A stretch of DNA of 64,000 bases. Origin: Malacoraja senta (lineage: Eukaryota). The stretch covers positions 22,756,001-22,820,000 of the forward strand of contig CM075987.1 of NCBI GenBank assembly GCA_038087875.1. The letters are read 5' to 3'. The first letter of the stretch is position 1. Each line of letters begins with the position of its first letter. The translations under genes were made by a program, and so were the position numbers. Positions 1-11,314 of this stretch are shown here, one piece after another. Under the pieces are notes generated by a model, which ran no database searches, had not been told where the DNA came from, and saw only the letters and a program-made list of their open reading frames with translations.

Positions 1-1524
1 TAAAGGCAATTAGGGATGGATGATTAAAGGGATGGGTCCGAAGAAGGGTCCTGACTCGAAACGTCACCTATCCATGTTCTCCGTGGATGTTGCCTGACCC
101 GCCTAGTTACTCCAGCACTTTGCGTCCTTTTTTAAAATGGTTAATTGATGTTGGGTTTGCCAGCAATATTTCCATTTTATGAATCATCTGTGCCCGATCC
201 CTTTTATTTATGAGTATTGGTCCTATTCATTAGTTCCAGACTCGTAAGGAGGACGCCTGCGATTCTGCCTGCTTGGTTTATGATTGTAATCAGACTGGGT
301 GGCTATGGCTCCCACAGTCAAAGATCTAGTAGCTAGTCAATATAGAGATGAGTCAGATCAGCAGCTTCCAACTTCAGGGCTGAGCTTCACAAAAGAGTTA
401 GGAGAACACAAACCAGGACACATTGCTAGCTTGCAGGCGGGAAATAGGAAAGGATTTCAGAAAAAATTATGGAGCGTTTGATCGGAGTCAATATGAGGGG
501 GCTCGGCAGAAGGCTTAGAGACCACCGAGCCCAGGTGTGACAAGCAAAAGGACCCAGGAGCAACATAAGAAGGATTGCCAGGATGGTGCCTGAATTGGAG
601 GGTATTAGCCACAAGGAGAGGTCAGAAAAACTGGGATTGTTCACTCTCCCGATGCCGGAGTTTGAGGGGAGATCGGATCGGATTTGACTGCTGTGTGGTG
701 TCTTTTAAATTGCTGTTTCTTCTTTTCTTTCCTTCTCTCCCACAAATATGTAATTACTGATTCTGTTCTGTTCTGGTTTGTAGTATTTTTGCACAAATCC
801 GCGAGCATTGCCACTTTTCATTTCACTGCACAGCTCGTATGCGTATGTGACGAATAAACTTGACTTGACTTGACTATATATATATATATATATAAAGCTA
901 TGACAGACAAAGATAGGGGAGACAGTTTTTTTCCCAGGTTATTAATGTCAAAGATTAGAGAGCACAGCTTTAAGTTGAGAGAGGCAAAATTTAGCGGAGA
1001 CGTGCGGGGCAAGATTTTGGAGCGAAACGTTGCCTCTTTCCTTCATTACCAGCGGTGGCAGTGGAAGCAGATAGGGGCATTTAAGAGGTTTTTAGACAGG
1101 CACACGGAAATGAAGGGAAGACAGGGGAATGGATCACTTGCAGGCAGAGGAGATTAGTTTATCTTGTCTGGCACAGAGGGCCATTGTGGGCCAAAGGGCC
1201 TGTTCCCGTGCTGTAATGTTCTCTGTAAGAAAAAAGTGATTCTATTCCGTGTGTGTTGATCTACAGCAGGCTGCTTCTGTTATGGTGGAAGCAAGTGGAA
1301 CAAGAACAATGGGATTGTGTAAATATTAGGATGGGGACAGAATTGTGCCGGAAAAAGGCAGAGTGGTTGCGATGAATGAACCCGGTGGGTGAAGTGAGAG
1401 GATGGGTCCAAAAATGAAAAAGGGTCTTAACCCGAAACGTCACCCATGCCTTCGCTCCAGAGTTGCTGCCTGTCCCGCTGAATTATTATGGCATTTTGTG
1501 TCGATCTTCGATGTAAAATAAATG

Positions 1525-2110
1525 CTTAATTTGTACATAAGCTGCTTCTTGGCCGTTCAGAGTGATGCGAGGCAGAGAAATATTTCCCAAACTCCAGCTT
1601 CCAAAATAAGGAAGGGAGATATCCTTTCCTGATTTCCGGAGTCCACACAAAACAGTTGGACTCGATGACCACCGAATTTTCATCAGGGCTTGAACCCAAG
1701 GTGGAGGAGGGGGGGGAGTGGGGGGGGGGAAATGAGAGGGGGAGAGTGGGAGTGGATGGGCGAGCGGGGCCGATAGGCATTCCCTCCGCTCGCCCATCTC
1801 GTGCCCATCCACGTCTGTCTGCCTGCAGCTGGAGGCGCGACAGGAAGCTGCCACCCAGATGTTTCCTGCCAGATTAGCGGCTTCAGTCACAGCACTGTGG
1901 GAAGAGTGACACAATGAGCCCCTCTTGTCCCCACCCCACCCCCGTCCCCTCCCCCACACGTCTCACTTGCAACACGACAGAGTCTTCAATATCAAACCTT
2001 TTCCCAGCCCTCAGTCTCTGTGCTAATTATAATCCCCCTGCAGCCTGGAACTCACTCCCAGAGTGGAGACTTGGCCAGGTTTGACACGGAGATCCCGAGA
2101 AAATGTTATC
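1525..2110. promoter_or_regulatory. Candidate intron-4 enhancer
   Basis: Repeat-free island with TGTGGGAA 1896-1903, two ETS-like cores (acaggaag, tttcctg), CAGCTG and ACAATG. Motif evidence only. Confidence 0.35.
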
Positions 2111-2134
2111 CCATAATGTGACAGGTGGCTGTCG

Positions 2135-2465
2135 ATCATGGTGGGGCAGCGGTAGAGTTGCTGCCTTACAGCGAATGCAGCGCCGGAGACCCGGGTTCCA
2201 TCCCGACTACGGGTGCTGTCTGTGCGGAGTTTGTACGTTCCTCCCCATGACCTGTGTGGGTTTTCTCCGAGATTGTCGGATTCCTCCCACATTCCAAAGA
2301 CGTACAGGGTTGTAGGTCAATTGGCTCGGTATATGTAAAAATGGTCCCTAGTGGGTGTAGGATGGTGTAAATGTGTGGGGATTGCTGGTCGGCACGGACG
2401 CGATGGGCCGAAGGGCCTGTTTCCGCGCTGTATTTCTAAACTAAACTAGACTAGACTAAACTAGC
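2135..2465 (+). mobile_element. tRNA-derived V-SINE (HE1-like)
   Basis: A/B-box head (gtggggcagcggtagag...ggttccatcc), V-domain (ggagtttgtacgttc...gtgggttttctcc) and (aaact)n tail. Confidence 0.85.
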
Positions 2466-2718
2466 AATTTTTCATCGACTTGACAGAAATGCTTTGTGTG
2501 ACGGCTGTTTACTTTGTACTAGTTTGTACCTTCTCCCTGTGACCGTGTGGGTTTTCTCCAGCAGCTCTGGTCTCCTGCCACATTCCAAAGACATGCAGGT
2601 TTGTAGGTGAATTGGCTTCAGTAAATAGTTGCTAGTGTGTAGGATAGAACCAGTGTAAGAGGTGAACGTGGGTCAGCACAGACTTGGTGGGCTGAAGGGC
2701 CTCTTTCCATGCTGTTCA

Positions 2719-3100
2719 TGAGTTCTAGGAGCAAAATTGGGCAATTCGGCCCATCAAGTCTACTCCATCGTTCAATCATGACTGATCTATCTTTCCCTCT
2801 CGATCCCATTCTCCTGCCTTCTCCCCATAACCCAACACCCGTACTAATCAACAATCTGTCAATCTCCGCCTTAAAAATATCCATTGACTTGGCCTCCACA
2901 GATGTCTGTGGCAATGAATTCCACCCATTCGCCACCCTCTGACTAAAGAAATTCCTCCTCATCTCCTTTCTAAAGGTACTTCCTTTTATTCCCAGACTGT
3001 GGCCTCTGGTCCTAGACTCTCCCACGTGTGGAAACTTCCTCTGCACATCCACCCTATCCAGGCCTTTCAGTATTCGGTGTTTCCATGAGGCCCCCCATCA
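2719..3100 (-). mobile_element. CR1 3' fragment just downstream of exon 4
   Basis: GESRTRGHSLGIKG...RNFFSQRVANGWNSLP. Confidence 0.85.
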
Positions 3101-3174
3101 TCCTTGTGAAAGGAGGATTTTACAAGCTGTGTCTGTGAACCAGACTAACGCTGGGCAGGGAGGGCAACACTTAC

Positions 3175-3513
3175 CGGGCAGGCAGGTGCAGTCGTAGTGG
3201 GCATCCCCCAGGGGTCGGCAGGTGCCTCCATTCTGACAGGGCGAGGGGGCGCAGGGCACGTAGCGGTCCTCACAGCGACGGCCGGTGTACTCGGGAGGGC
3301 AGGTGCACTGGTAGGAGCCGATCTCGTTCAGGCAGGTGCCGCCATTGCCGCAGGGCGACGGCGAGATGCCGCACTCGTTGACGTCCTGCTTGCAGATGGG
3401 CCCGTGGAATCCCGAGGTGCACATGCAGATGTAGTAGTCTTCGAACGCCACGCACTGCCCTCCGTTGGCGCAGGGGTTGGAGGCGCACGTGTCCGCCTGC
3501 TGGCACTGCTTGC
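3175..3513 (-). CDS. notch1: Notch receptor (notch1-like) exon 4, EGF4-EGF6
   Basis: 339 nt, acceptor ggtgcccAG, donor CCG|GTAAGT, phase 1/1, in frame with exon 3. Translates GKQCQQADTCASNPCANGGQCVAFEDYYICMCTSGFHGPICKQDVNECGISPSPCGNGGTCLNEIGSYQCTCPPEYTGRRCEDRYVPCAPSPCQNGGTCRPLGDAHYDCTCLPG, with a calcium-binding DVNEC motif. Confidence 0.93.
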
Positions 3514-3796
3514 CTGGGCACCGGAGCAAAGCAAGCACTTAGAGTCACAAACAGCGTGGAGACTGGCCCCATCGGCTCAACTAGCCCACACCCGCCAACG
3601 TGTCCCAGCTGCACTAATCCAACCAGCCTGCCTTTGGTCCACATCCCTCCAAACCTGTCCGATCCATGTACCTGCCTACCTGTTTCTTAAACGTTGGGAT
3701 AGTCCCAGCCTCAACTACCTCCTCTGGCAGCTCGTTCCATACACCCACCACCCTTTGTGTGAAAAAGTCAGATTCCTATTCAATCTTTTCCCCCGA

Positions 3797-4002
3797 GTTA
3801 GACACAAAACGCTGGAGTAACTCAGCGGGACAGGCAGCATCTCTGGAGAGAAGGAATGGGTGACGTTTCGGGTGGAGACCCTTCTTCAGACTGAAAGGTC
3901 ACCCATTCCTTCTCCCAAGATATGCTGCCTGTCCCACTGAGTTACTCCAGTATTTTGTGTCTATCTTCGGTTTAAACCAGCATCTGCTGTTCCTTCCTAC
4001 AC
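3797..4002. mobile_element. Hairpin PLE-derived insertion in notch1 intron 3 with minus-strand hammerhead core (3862-3889)
   Basis: Inverted arms. caatcttttccc is repeated on both sides (3781 and 4002). Confidence 0.75.
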
Positions 4003-4284
4003 AATCTTTTCCCTTCCACCTTTAGTTCAACACCAGGCCAAGAGTCCACTTCCATCTCCTGGCTCAAGTACACTCTTCACCATCTGAGACTCCATCCACA
4101 CACTGAATCCCCTATCAGTATCTCTGCTCAGCCACTGAACCTCCCCCACTCCCCACAGCCCATCAATTTGGTAAATTATCAAATCCTCCTGGGGCCAGTA
4201 AGACCGTCGAGCCCATTGAGACCATGACAGCTTTTAATTCCACCATTGTCCCAAATAGGTCCATTCATCAATAAGGCCATTGTT

Positions 4285-4740
4285 AGGCCATTCGGCCCAT
4301 CAACTATACTCCGCCATTCAATCATGGCTGATCTACCTTTCCCTCTGAACCCCATTCTCCTGCCTTCTTCCCATAACCCCTAACACCCGTACCAATCTCT
4401 GCCTTAAAATATCCATTGACTTGGCCTCCACAGCCTTCTGTGGCGATGAATTCCACAGGTTCACCACCCACTGACTAAAGTAATTTCTCTTTATCCCCTT
4501 TCTAAAAGTACGTCCTTTAATTCTGAGGCTACGGCCTTTGGTGCTAGACACTCCCACAAGTGGGAACATCCTCGCCACATCCACTCTATCCAGACCTTTC
4601 ACTATTTGGCAAGTTTCAATGAGGTCCCCCCCCGCATCCTTGGAAACTCCAGCGAGTTGAAGCCCCGTTCCGTATGTTCACCCAAACATTCCCGGCATCA
4701 TTCCCGTCAACCTCCGCTCGACCCTCCCCAACTCTCCAAG
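4285..4740 (-). mobile_element. CR1 3' fragment in intron 3
   Basis: KGLDRVDVARMFPLVG...NYFSQWVVNLWNS. Confidence 0.85.
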
Positions 4741-4851
4741 TTCCAGAACTCTTCAGACAATCCCTTAGCAGTGAGGGTTGGTGTGTGTGTGTGTGGGACC
4801 TGTGCCCCAGTGAGGGTCAGTGTGTGTGTGTGGGGCGTATCAGGCACGTAC

Positions 4852-5117
4852 CTGCCCATCCAGGGGGGCAGCGACACTTGTACTCCTGGCGGCTGGTTGT
4901 CAGCTGGCAGCTGCCCCCGTTGCGGCAGGGATGGCTGAGGCAGGCGTTGTCCTGGGGGGTGAGGCAGAGGCGGTCGGTGAACCCCAGCCGGCAGCTGCAG
5001 GTGTAGTCGACGGTCTGGCCCTGGACAACGGGGCTGCAGGTCCCCTCGTTCTTGCAGGGCGAGCTGAGGCAGGGATCGTGGAACTGACACCGATCTCCCA
5101 GATACCCTGGGCTGCAG
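4852..5117 (-). CDS. notch1: Notch receptor (notch1-like) exon 3, end of EGF1 through EGF3
   Basis: 266 nt between acceptor (cttcacctgcAG) and donor (GCAG|GTACGT), phase 2 to phase 1. Translates CSPGYLGDRCQFHDPCLSSPCKNEGTCSPVVQGQTVDYTCSCRLGFTDRLCLTPQDNACLSHPCRNGGSCQLTTSRQEYKCRCPPGWAG. The CLTPxDNAC...CRNGG...EYKCRCPPGW motif matches vertebrate Notch1. This frame is not in the ORF track. Confidence 0.92.
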
Positions 5118-6294
5118 CTGCAGGTGAAGATCAGACCACGGCGTCAAGAGCCAAGTGTCATATGTACTGACAATGGAGCAAAGAAATCGTAGAGAAATAG
5201 AAAATAGGTGAAGGAGTAGGCCATTCGGCCCTTCGAGCCAGCACCGCCATTCAATATGATCATGGCTGATCACCCTTATCCCTTGATTCCATTAGCCCGA
5301 AGAGCTCTATCTAACTCTCTCTTGAAAACATCCAGTGAATTGGCCTCCACTGCCTTCTGTGGCAGAGAATTCCACAGAATTCCTTACTCAATGCAGCATA
5401 ACAGGCCTGTGGACACAATACATACACATAAGGGCGACATGGTGGAGCAGCGGTTAGAGTTGCTGCCTCAATACACATGGAACACGACAGAGCAGGAGTA
5501 GGCCCTAATGTCCATGAGCCAAACCAAACTAATCTCACCTGCCTCCACATCCCTCCATTCCTGCATATCCACGTGCTGGCCCGATGGGCTGAAGTACCCG
5601 TGACCGTGCTGTATCTCTCTCTGTCCTCTGTCAGACAGTGCGATCCTCCAACCACACCTTCTCTCGCCTACTAATTGAATTAGCGACGATTAAATGTGAT
5701 TAAACCAGCATCTGCGGTTCCATCCAGTCCTGGGCCCGGTACTTAGCAACAAGCTTCTCCTCCCCAAGGGAAGGGTGAGATAAAACAATTTAAGGAGCAA
5801 ATGCTTCCAAAGTTTTTTCCACAACCTCCATTGGAGCGGGAGATCAGAAATCATGTCCATTAAAACAGCTCCGCCTCATGCTTGCTCCGACACACGCACA
5901 CACGGGTAGGAAGCAGAGATTCCCAACGCCAAAAGCCAACCTTGCTGGCCCATTCAATGAAAACAAGCCCATTTGGTGACCCTCCCCCCCTCCCCTTCCT
6001 CCTCCCCTCCCACCCAACCACCCACCGCCCCAACCCTGCAACATTCACACATGGCCCACGGCTTATGGTTTGAGCACAGACTTCAAGAGAAACAATAAAC
6101 ATGTTGGGAGCTGGGTGTGAACCTCGTCAAACCATCTGCTACCAAAGGGAAGCGGAATGCAGCTCATTGGCTGCCCGTGGTGGACAAAAGGACAATTAAG
6201 GCAGGGACATCTTCAATTGACCTGACCAGTTTACGACTGTTTGCTTTACATAGTTGCCAGAGAGTTAGTGGGTGAGGAGAAAGTCTGATGGACA

Positions 6295-6560
6295 GAGAGG
6301 GAAGAGAGAGAGAGAGAGAGAGACAAAGAGAGGAGAGCAAGAAAGAGAGATGAGAAGAGAGAGAGGGAGAGAGAAGGGAGGAGAGAGGAAGAGCAAGAGG
6401 GAAAGAGGGGATAGAAGAATAAAAGAGAGAGAGAGAGGAGTGAGAGAGAGAGAGAGGGAGAGGAGTGAGAGAGAGAGAGAGGGAGAGGAGAGAGAGGGGA
6501 GAGAGCGAGAGAGAGAGAGAGACAAAGAGAGGAGAGCAAGAAAGAGAGATGAGAAGAGAG

Positions 6561-6600
<40 letters not shown>

Positions 6601-6604
6601 CAGA

Positions 6605-6647
<43 letters not shown>

Positions 6648-6658
6648 GAGAGAAGAGG

Positions 6659-6696
<38 letters not shown>

Positions 6697-6866
6697 GGAG
6701 AGAGAGAGGGGAGAGAGAGAGAGTGAGAGAGTGAGAGAGAGAGAGAGAGGGAGAGATAGAGGCGTGAGGGAGGAGGGGAGAGGGAGAGAGAGCGAGAGAG
6801 AGGAGGAGCAAAAGAGAGATGAGAGTAGTGAGAGACAGAGATAGAGTGATAGAGAGATAGGTGAGA

Positions 6867-6900
<34 letters not shown>

Positions 6901-7075
6901 TGGAGAGGGAGCGAGAGAGAGGGAGAGCGCGAGAGAGAGATGGGAGAGGAGAGCGAGAGAGGAGGGGGAGAGAGAGAGGAGAGAGGATGGCGAGCAAGTG
7001 AGAGAAGCAAGAGTGGAGAAGAGGCAATGGAGAAACAGACATACAGACAGACAGACAAAAGACAGAGACAACAAA
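6295..7075 (+). repeat. Degenerate (GA)n polypurine tract
   Basis: ~780 bp, almost entirely A/G. Confidence 0.97.
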
Positions 7076-7953
7076 GAGCGCTGTTGAGGTCACTGTTCAC
7101 CAAGGAAGCTGAAGCCATCAGTGTCTTTCACATGATGTTACTTCAAACTCCTGAAGTGATTAAAATCCCTCCCACTTCCCTCTCCCGTCTCGTGCTCTGC
7201 GATTGAAAACTCTGTCGGGATATTCTCCTAGGAAGCAGGACTTACACAGTCACCCCGGCTGGAAGGGGGAGGCATTAACAACTCTCTCCCCACCTCCTCT
7301 GCCAGACTCCAGACACTTGAGCCACAGACCTGTGGAATGTGGAAATATGGCAACCAATTCAAGCAACACCCAGCCAGGTAATGTATCCGAGCACAGAACA
7401 CAGCACCACACAGGAACAGGCCATTCGGCCCACAATGTCTGTGCTGAACACGATGCCACGATAGATTAATCTCATCAGCCTGCACATGATCCATTTCAAT
7501 AGACAATAGACAACAGGTGCAGGAGTAGGCCATTCGGCCCTTCGAGCCAGCACCGCCATTCATTGTGATCATGGCTGATCATCCCCAATCAGTACCCCGT
7601 TCCTGCCTTCTCCCCATATCCCCTGACTCCGCTATATTTTAAGAGCCCTATCTAGTTCTCTCTTGAAAGCATTTCCTTCCATTCCCTGCATATCTATTTG
7701 TTATCTAAACGCCTGCAAAATGCCACTATGGTATCTGGCTCCATCGCCATCCCTGACAGCACATTCCAGGCACCCAACAGCCTCTGTGTAAACAACTTGC
7801 CCCGCACATGTCCTTTAAACTTTGCCCCTCTCACCTTAAAGCTGCGCCCTTTAGTCTTTGACATTTCCACATCTGGGAAACAGTTGCCAGTTCCAACTTG
7901 AAACATCATCTGCATCACACTGTCCTGATTTTCTGTTTTTTCTCTTTTTTTTT

Positions 7954-8153
7954 NNNNNNNNNNNNNNNNNNNNNNNNNNNNNNNNNNNNNNNNNNNNNNN
8001 NNNNNNNNNNNNNNNNNNNNNNNNNNNNNNNNNNNNNNNNNNNNNNNNNNNNNNNNNNNNNNNNNNNNNNNNNNNNNNNNNNNNNNNNNNNNNNNNNNNN
8101 NNNNNNNNNNNNNNNNNNNNNNNNNNNNNNNNNNNNNNNNNNNNNNNNNNNNN
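7954..8153. other. Assembly gap (200 N)
   Basis: Run of N. Confidence 1.
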
Positions 8154-8407
8154 CACAACAGACTGATGTTGTGACTCAAGCATCATCATATTTTCCTGTG
8201 TCTAAATTGGATTATACTTAGGAAATGTTTGAGAAACTGCGATTTTTAGACAATGCTTTTCAATACACTTGGATGAACAAAATGCTTTCTAGCCAATTAA
8301 CTATTTTAAGGAGACACGCGGGGCTGCAGAATCTGGAATCGTGCGCAGAACGTATCTCTAAAACTAAACTGTACTAAACACCAAGCGTTGGAGTAACCCG
8401 GTGACTC

Positions 8408-8692
8408 AACTGGGGAAAGAACTGCAGATGCTGCAACAGCACCTTGGGTAGCTTACACCCCAACGGTATGAATATTGACTTCTCGAACTTCAAATAGCCC
8501 TCTTTCTCTCCACCCCTTCTCCCATCTCAGTTCTCCCACCAGTGTTACTGTCCCCGACCACATTCTATCTCTGTCCTCCCCACTCCCCTGACATCAGTCT
8601 GAAGAAGGGTCTCGACCCCAAACCTCACCCATTCCTTCTAACCAGAGATGCTGCTGCTTGTCCCGCTGAGTTACTCCAGCATTTTGTGTCTA
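8408..8692 (+). mobile_element. Penelope-like element 3' end nested in another PLE terminal repeat
   Basis: LGSLHPNGMNIDFSNFK* at ~8443-8496 and a degenerate hammerhead at ~8599-8626. Flanks repeat aacycrgtgactca. Confidence 0.75.
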
Positions 8693-8908
8693 AAACTCAG
8701 TGACTCAGGCAGCATCTCTGGAGGACATGGACAGGCGGTGCTTCGGGTCAGGACCCTTCAAACTGCAACTCAAGTACTGCGATAGAGGAAACACTATTTC
8801 CAATTAATACACAACGTTCCCAGAGCACCAACATGTCGTTTTTCAGATACCCCGCTTTTAGTGCCATTTGTCCTGATATAATTTCCAAACTACCAGGAAA
8901 TTATTTTT

Positions 8909-9060
8909 AGGGCCTGTCCCATTTTCACGACCTAATTCACGACCTCTGCCGAGTTTGCCCTTGACATACTCGCAGCATGGCCGTCACGAGGTCGTAGGAG
9001 GTCGTGGATGGGTCATGATGTTAGTCGTGGGTAATCGCGGCATCAAGTAGATCGGTAGGC
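8909..9060. mobile_element. Truncated Harbinger-like MITE end
   Basis: tta|gggcctgtccca terminus like the other two MITEs. No second TIR seen. Confidence 0.5.
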
Positions 9061-9431
9061 TGTTTCCCTATCCCATGACTCTGTCCGAAGAAAGGTCTCG
9101 ACTCGAAACGTCACCTATTCCTTCTCTCCAGAGACGCTGAGTTACTCCAGCTTTTTGTGTCTATCTTCGGTGTAAACCAGCATCTGCAGTTCCTTCCTAC
9201 TCCTAACCGGAGGTGAGAGAGTGCGCCACCGAAACACAGTTGACACATTCAGACGATTTCTTTATGAGGGCGAAGAAATTCCTTATGTAAATATTAAAAC
9301 AAGGACAGAGTGTGATATTACAACGAGGGCCGGGTGTCGCATTTGCACCCAGATCTCGTTACCCCACCCGCTAAACCCACTTGGAGTAAATTTAGTCGGA
9401 TTGAGATCCCTGCTTTTATATTTGGGCCCCT

Positions 9432-9960
9432 TTGACAGTTCCATGGGAAGATGGTGTTGAAGAAGCTTATGAGAGGAAAAAGACCCAGTACTCTGAACTG
9501 GCGACCGAAGCTGCCCAGAATGGCTGGAAGACCAAGATTTTCCCTGTCGAAGTGGGATGCAGGGGATTTGTTGCTACATCTATGACCAGGCTATTAAAGA
9601 AAATGGGGGTGAGGGGTCGCTCCCTCCAACAAGCAATCAAATCATTATCAAATTCTGCGGGAAAAAAAGCAGCAATTGGATTTGGATCAAAAGGAGAGAC
9701 AACAATTGGGCTGCAAGATGAAGACAGGAGGGTATGGAATTGAGGGAGGGGGGGTGTAACTGGGACGCCAGGTATCACCGTTGGAGATGTTGTGGGCTTA
9801 TCAATGAAACTTCAAAGAAGGAGGGTGCCCACCTGATGACCTCGATGACGTACCTACCCTACCTTTCACCACTCCAATCCCACTGCAAATAGCAAGAGTG
9901 CCGACTTACTACAGGGATTGAAACACCAAGTCCTAGCTCGACTCTACTATCAGCAATAGC
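9432..9960 (+). mobile_element. 5'-truncated Hero-like (RLE) non-LTR retrotransposon
   Basis: LTVPWEDGVEEAYERKKTQY...GWKTKIFPVEVGCRGF..., then after a frameshift in an A-run SSNWIWIKRRDNNWAAR* (stop ends 9721). This resembles the restriction-like endonuclease C-terminus of Hero elements. Confidence 0.8.
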
Positions 9961-10247
9961 CTGCAAACGGGGCGGGCGTGAGTGAGGCATTTTACTCGCC
10001 TCCTACGAATCTCTCGGCCACTTTACTCGCCAATTTCCCATTCTCTATGACGATTCAAAAACCCTGTCAGTAATTCTCGGACTGCGTTTAGTCCATGTGG
10101 TCTGTCTTATTTTTTTACTATTAAAAAATAAACTTTATTTGATATATATATATATATATACACATACATAGAGAGAGATAATTTGCGCGCTTTTTGTATT
10201 ATATATACATATGACAAATACGGCGCAAATGTCCCCATATATTCGGG

Positions 10248-10560
10248 TAGAGTGGCGCAGCGGTAGAACTGCTGCCTAATAGCGCCAGAGACCCAGATTC
10301 CATCCTGACCTCGGGTGCTGTCTGCGTGGAGTTTGCAGGTTCTCCCTGTGTCCGCGTGGGTTTCCTCCGGGTGCTCCGGCTTCCTCCTACAGCCAAAGGC
10401 GCGCGGGTTTGTAGGTTAATTGGTCTCTGTAAATCGCCCCATAGTGTGTGGGCAGTGGACGGGAAAGTGGGATAACGTGGTACTAGTGTGGACTTGTGAT
10501 CGATGGTCAGGGTGGTGTCGATGGGCCGAAGCGTCTATTCCACGTGTTTAGTTTAGTTCA
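10248..10560 (+). mobile_element. V-SINE (HE1-like)
   Basis: Same head, V-domain and tail. Confidence 0.8.
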
Positions 10561-11253
10561 TTGTCACGTGCACCGAGGTACAGTGAAACGTTTTTGATGC
10601 TGTATCTTTCAATCAATAAATCAATACAATTCAATATTGCCAGTGTTTTACCCAATAGAGTTCACACCTGAATTGGCACTGTGCTGGAGTAACTCAGCGG
10701 TCAGGCAGCATCTCTGGAGAACATGGATAGGCAATGTTTCGGATCGGGACCCTTCTTCAGATTCTACCTGACCCGCTGATTACTCCAGCACTTTTTTTTT
10801 GATGTTTCTATTTGGTAAAGCAGCATCTGCAGTTCCTCGTGTCGAGAGTGCACACCGGTCTTTACACAACCCTTCCCCCAATTACCACTTGTGTGGCCTC
10901 CCTGGGGTGACATCCCTTCCCTTGTTTGAGGGTTACTCTGGCGCTCAATGTCGGGCAGAGGAAAGACCCAGGTCTGTGGTCGTTCCCCCCCCTACAGAGA
11001 GCCCTCAAGTCGGCGGCTGCACCCACCCCCAGCACACACACACACGCCCTCCTGCAGTCTGGGACGTTGCTCTTTCTCTGCCGGCCCACCTTCCTCAAGC
11101 CAGGGACATTATTGAACCACCCACCGGTCAGTGAAATGTGTCTCCTGCGGCTGCCGGGTTCCCTCACCGCCCTGCGTGGATTCCACCGCCCCATTGTTGC
11201 AGCAAGCCGATGCTTCATGTCAGCTGTTGTTTGGTCGTGCGGCGAGGCTCAGG

Positions 11254-11314
11254 GAGCTCAGCTGTAACACACATGCTCAGCTGTAACACACATGCTCAGC
11301 TGTAACACACATGC
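11254..11314 (+). repeat. 19-bp tandem repeat, 3 copies
   Basis: gctcagctgtaacacacat. Confidence 0.9.

Noticed and set aside
2135..2215. tRNA-like sequences with A and B boxes (many copies)
   Set aside because: They are SINE heads that continue into the V-domain, not tRNA genes.
3197..5273. Antisense and off-frame ORFs over the Notch exons (207, 124, 188, 116 aa)
   Set aside because: Shadow ORFs of GC-rich coding sequence that run into repeats.
6164..7118. Long Ser/Leu and Arg/Glu ORFs
   Set aside because: Artefacts of the (GA)n tract.
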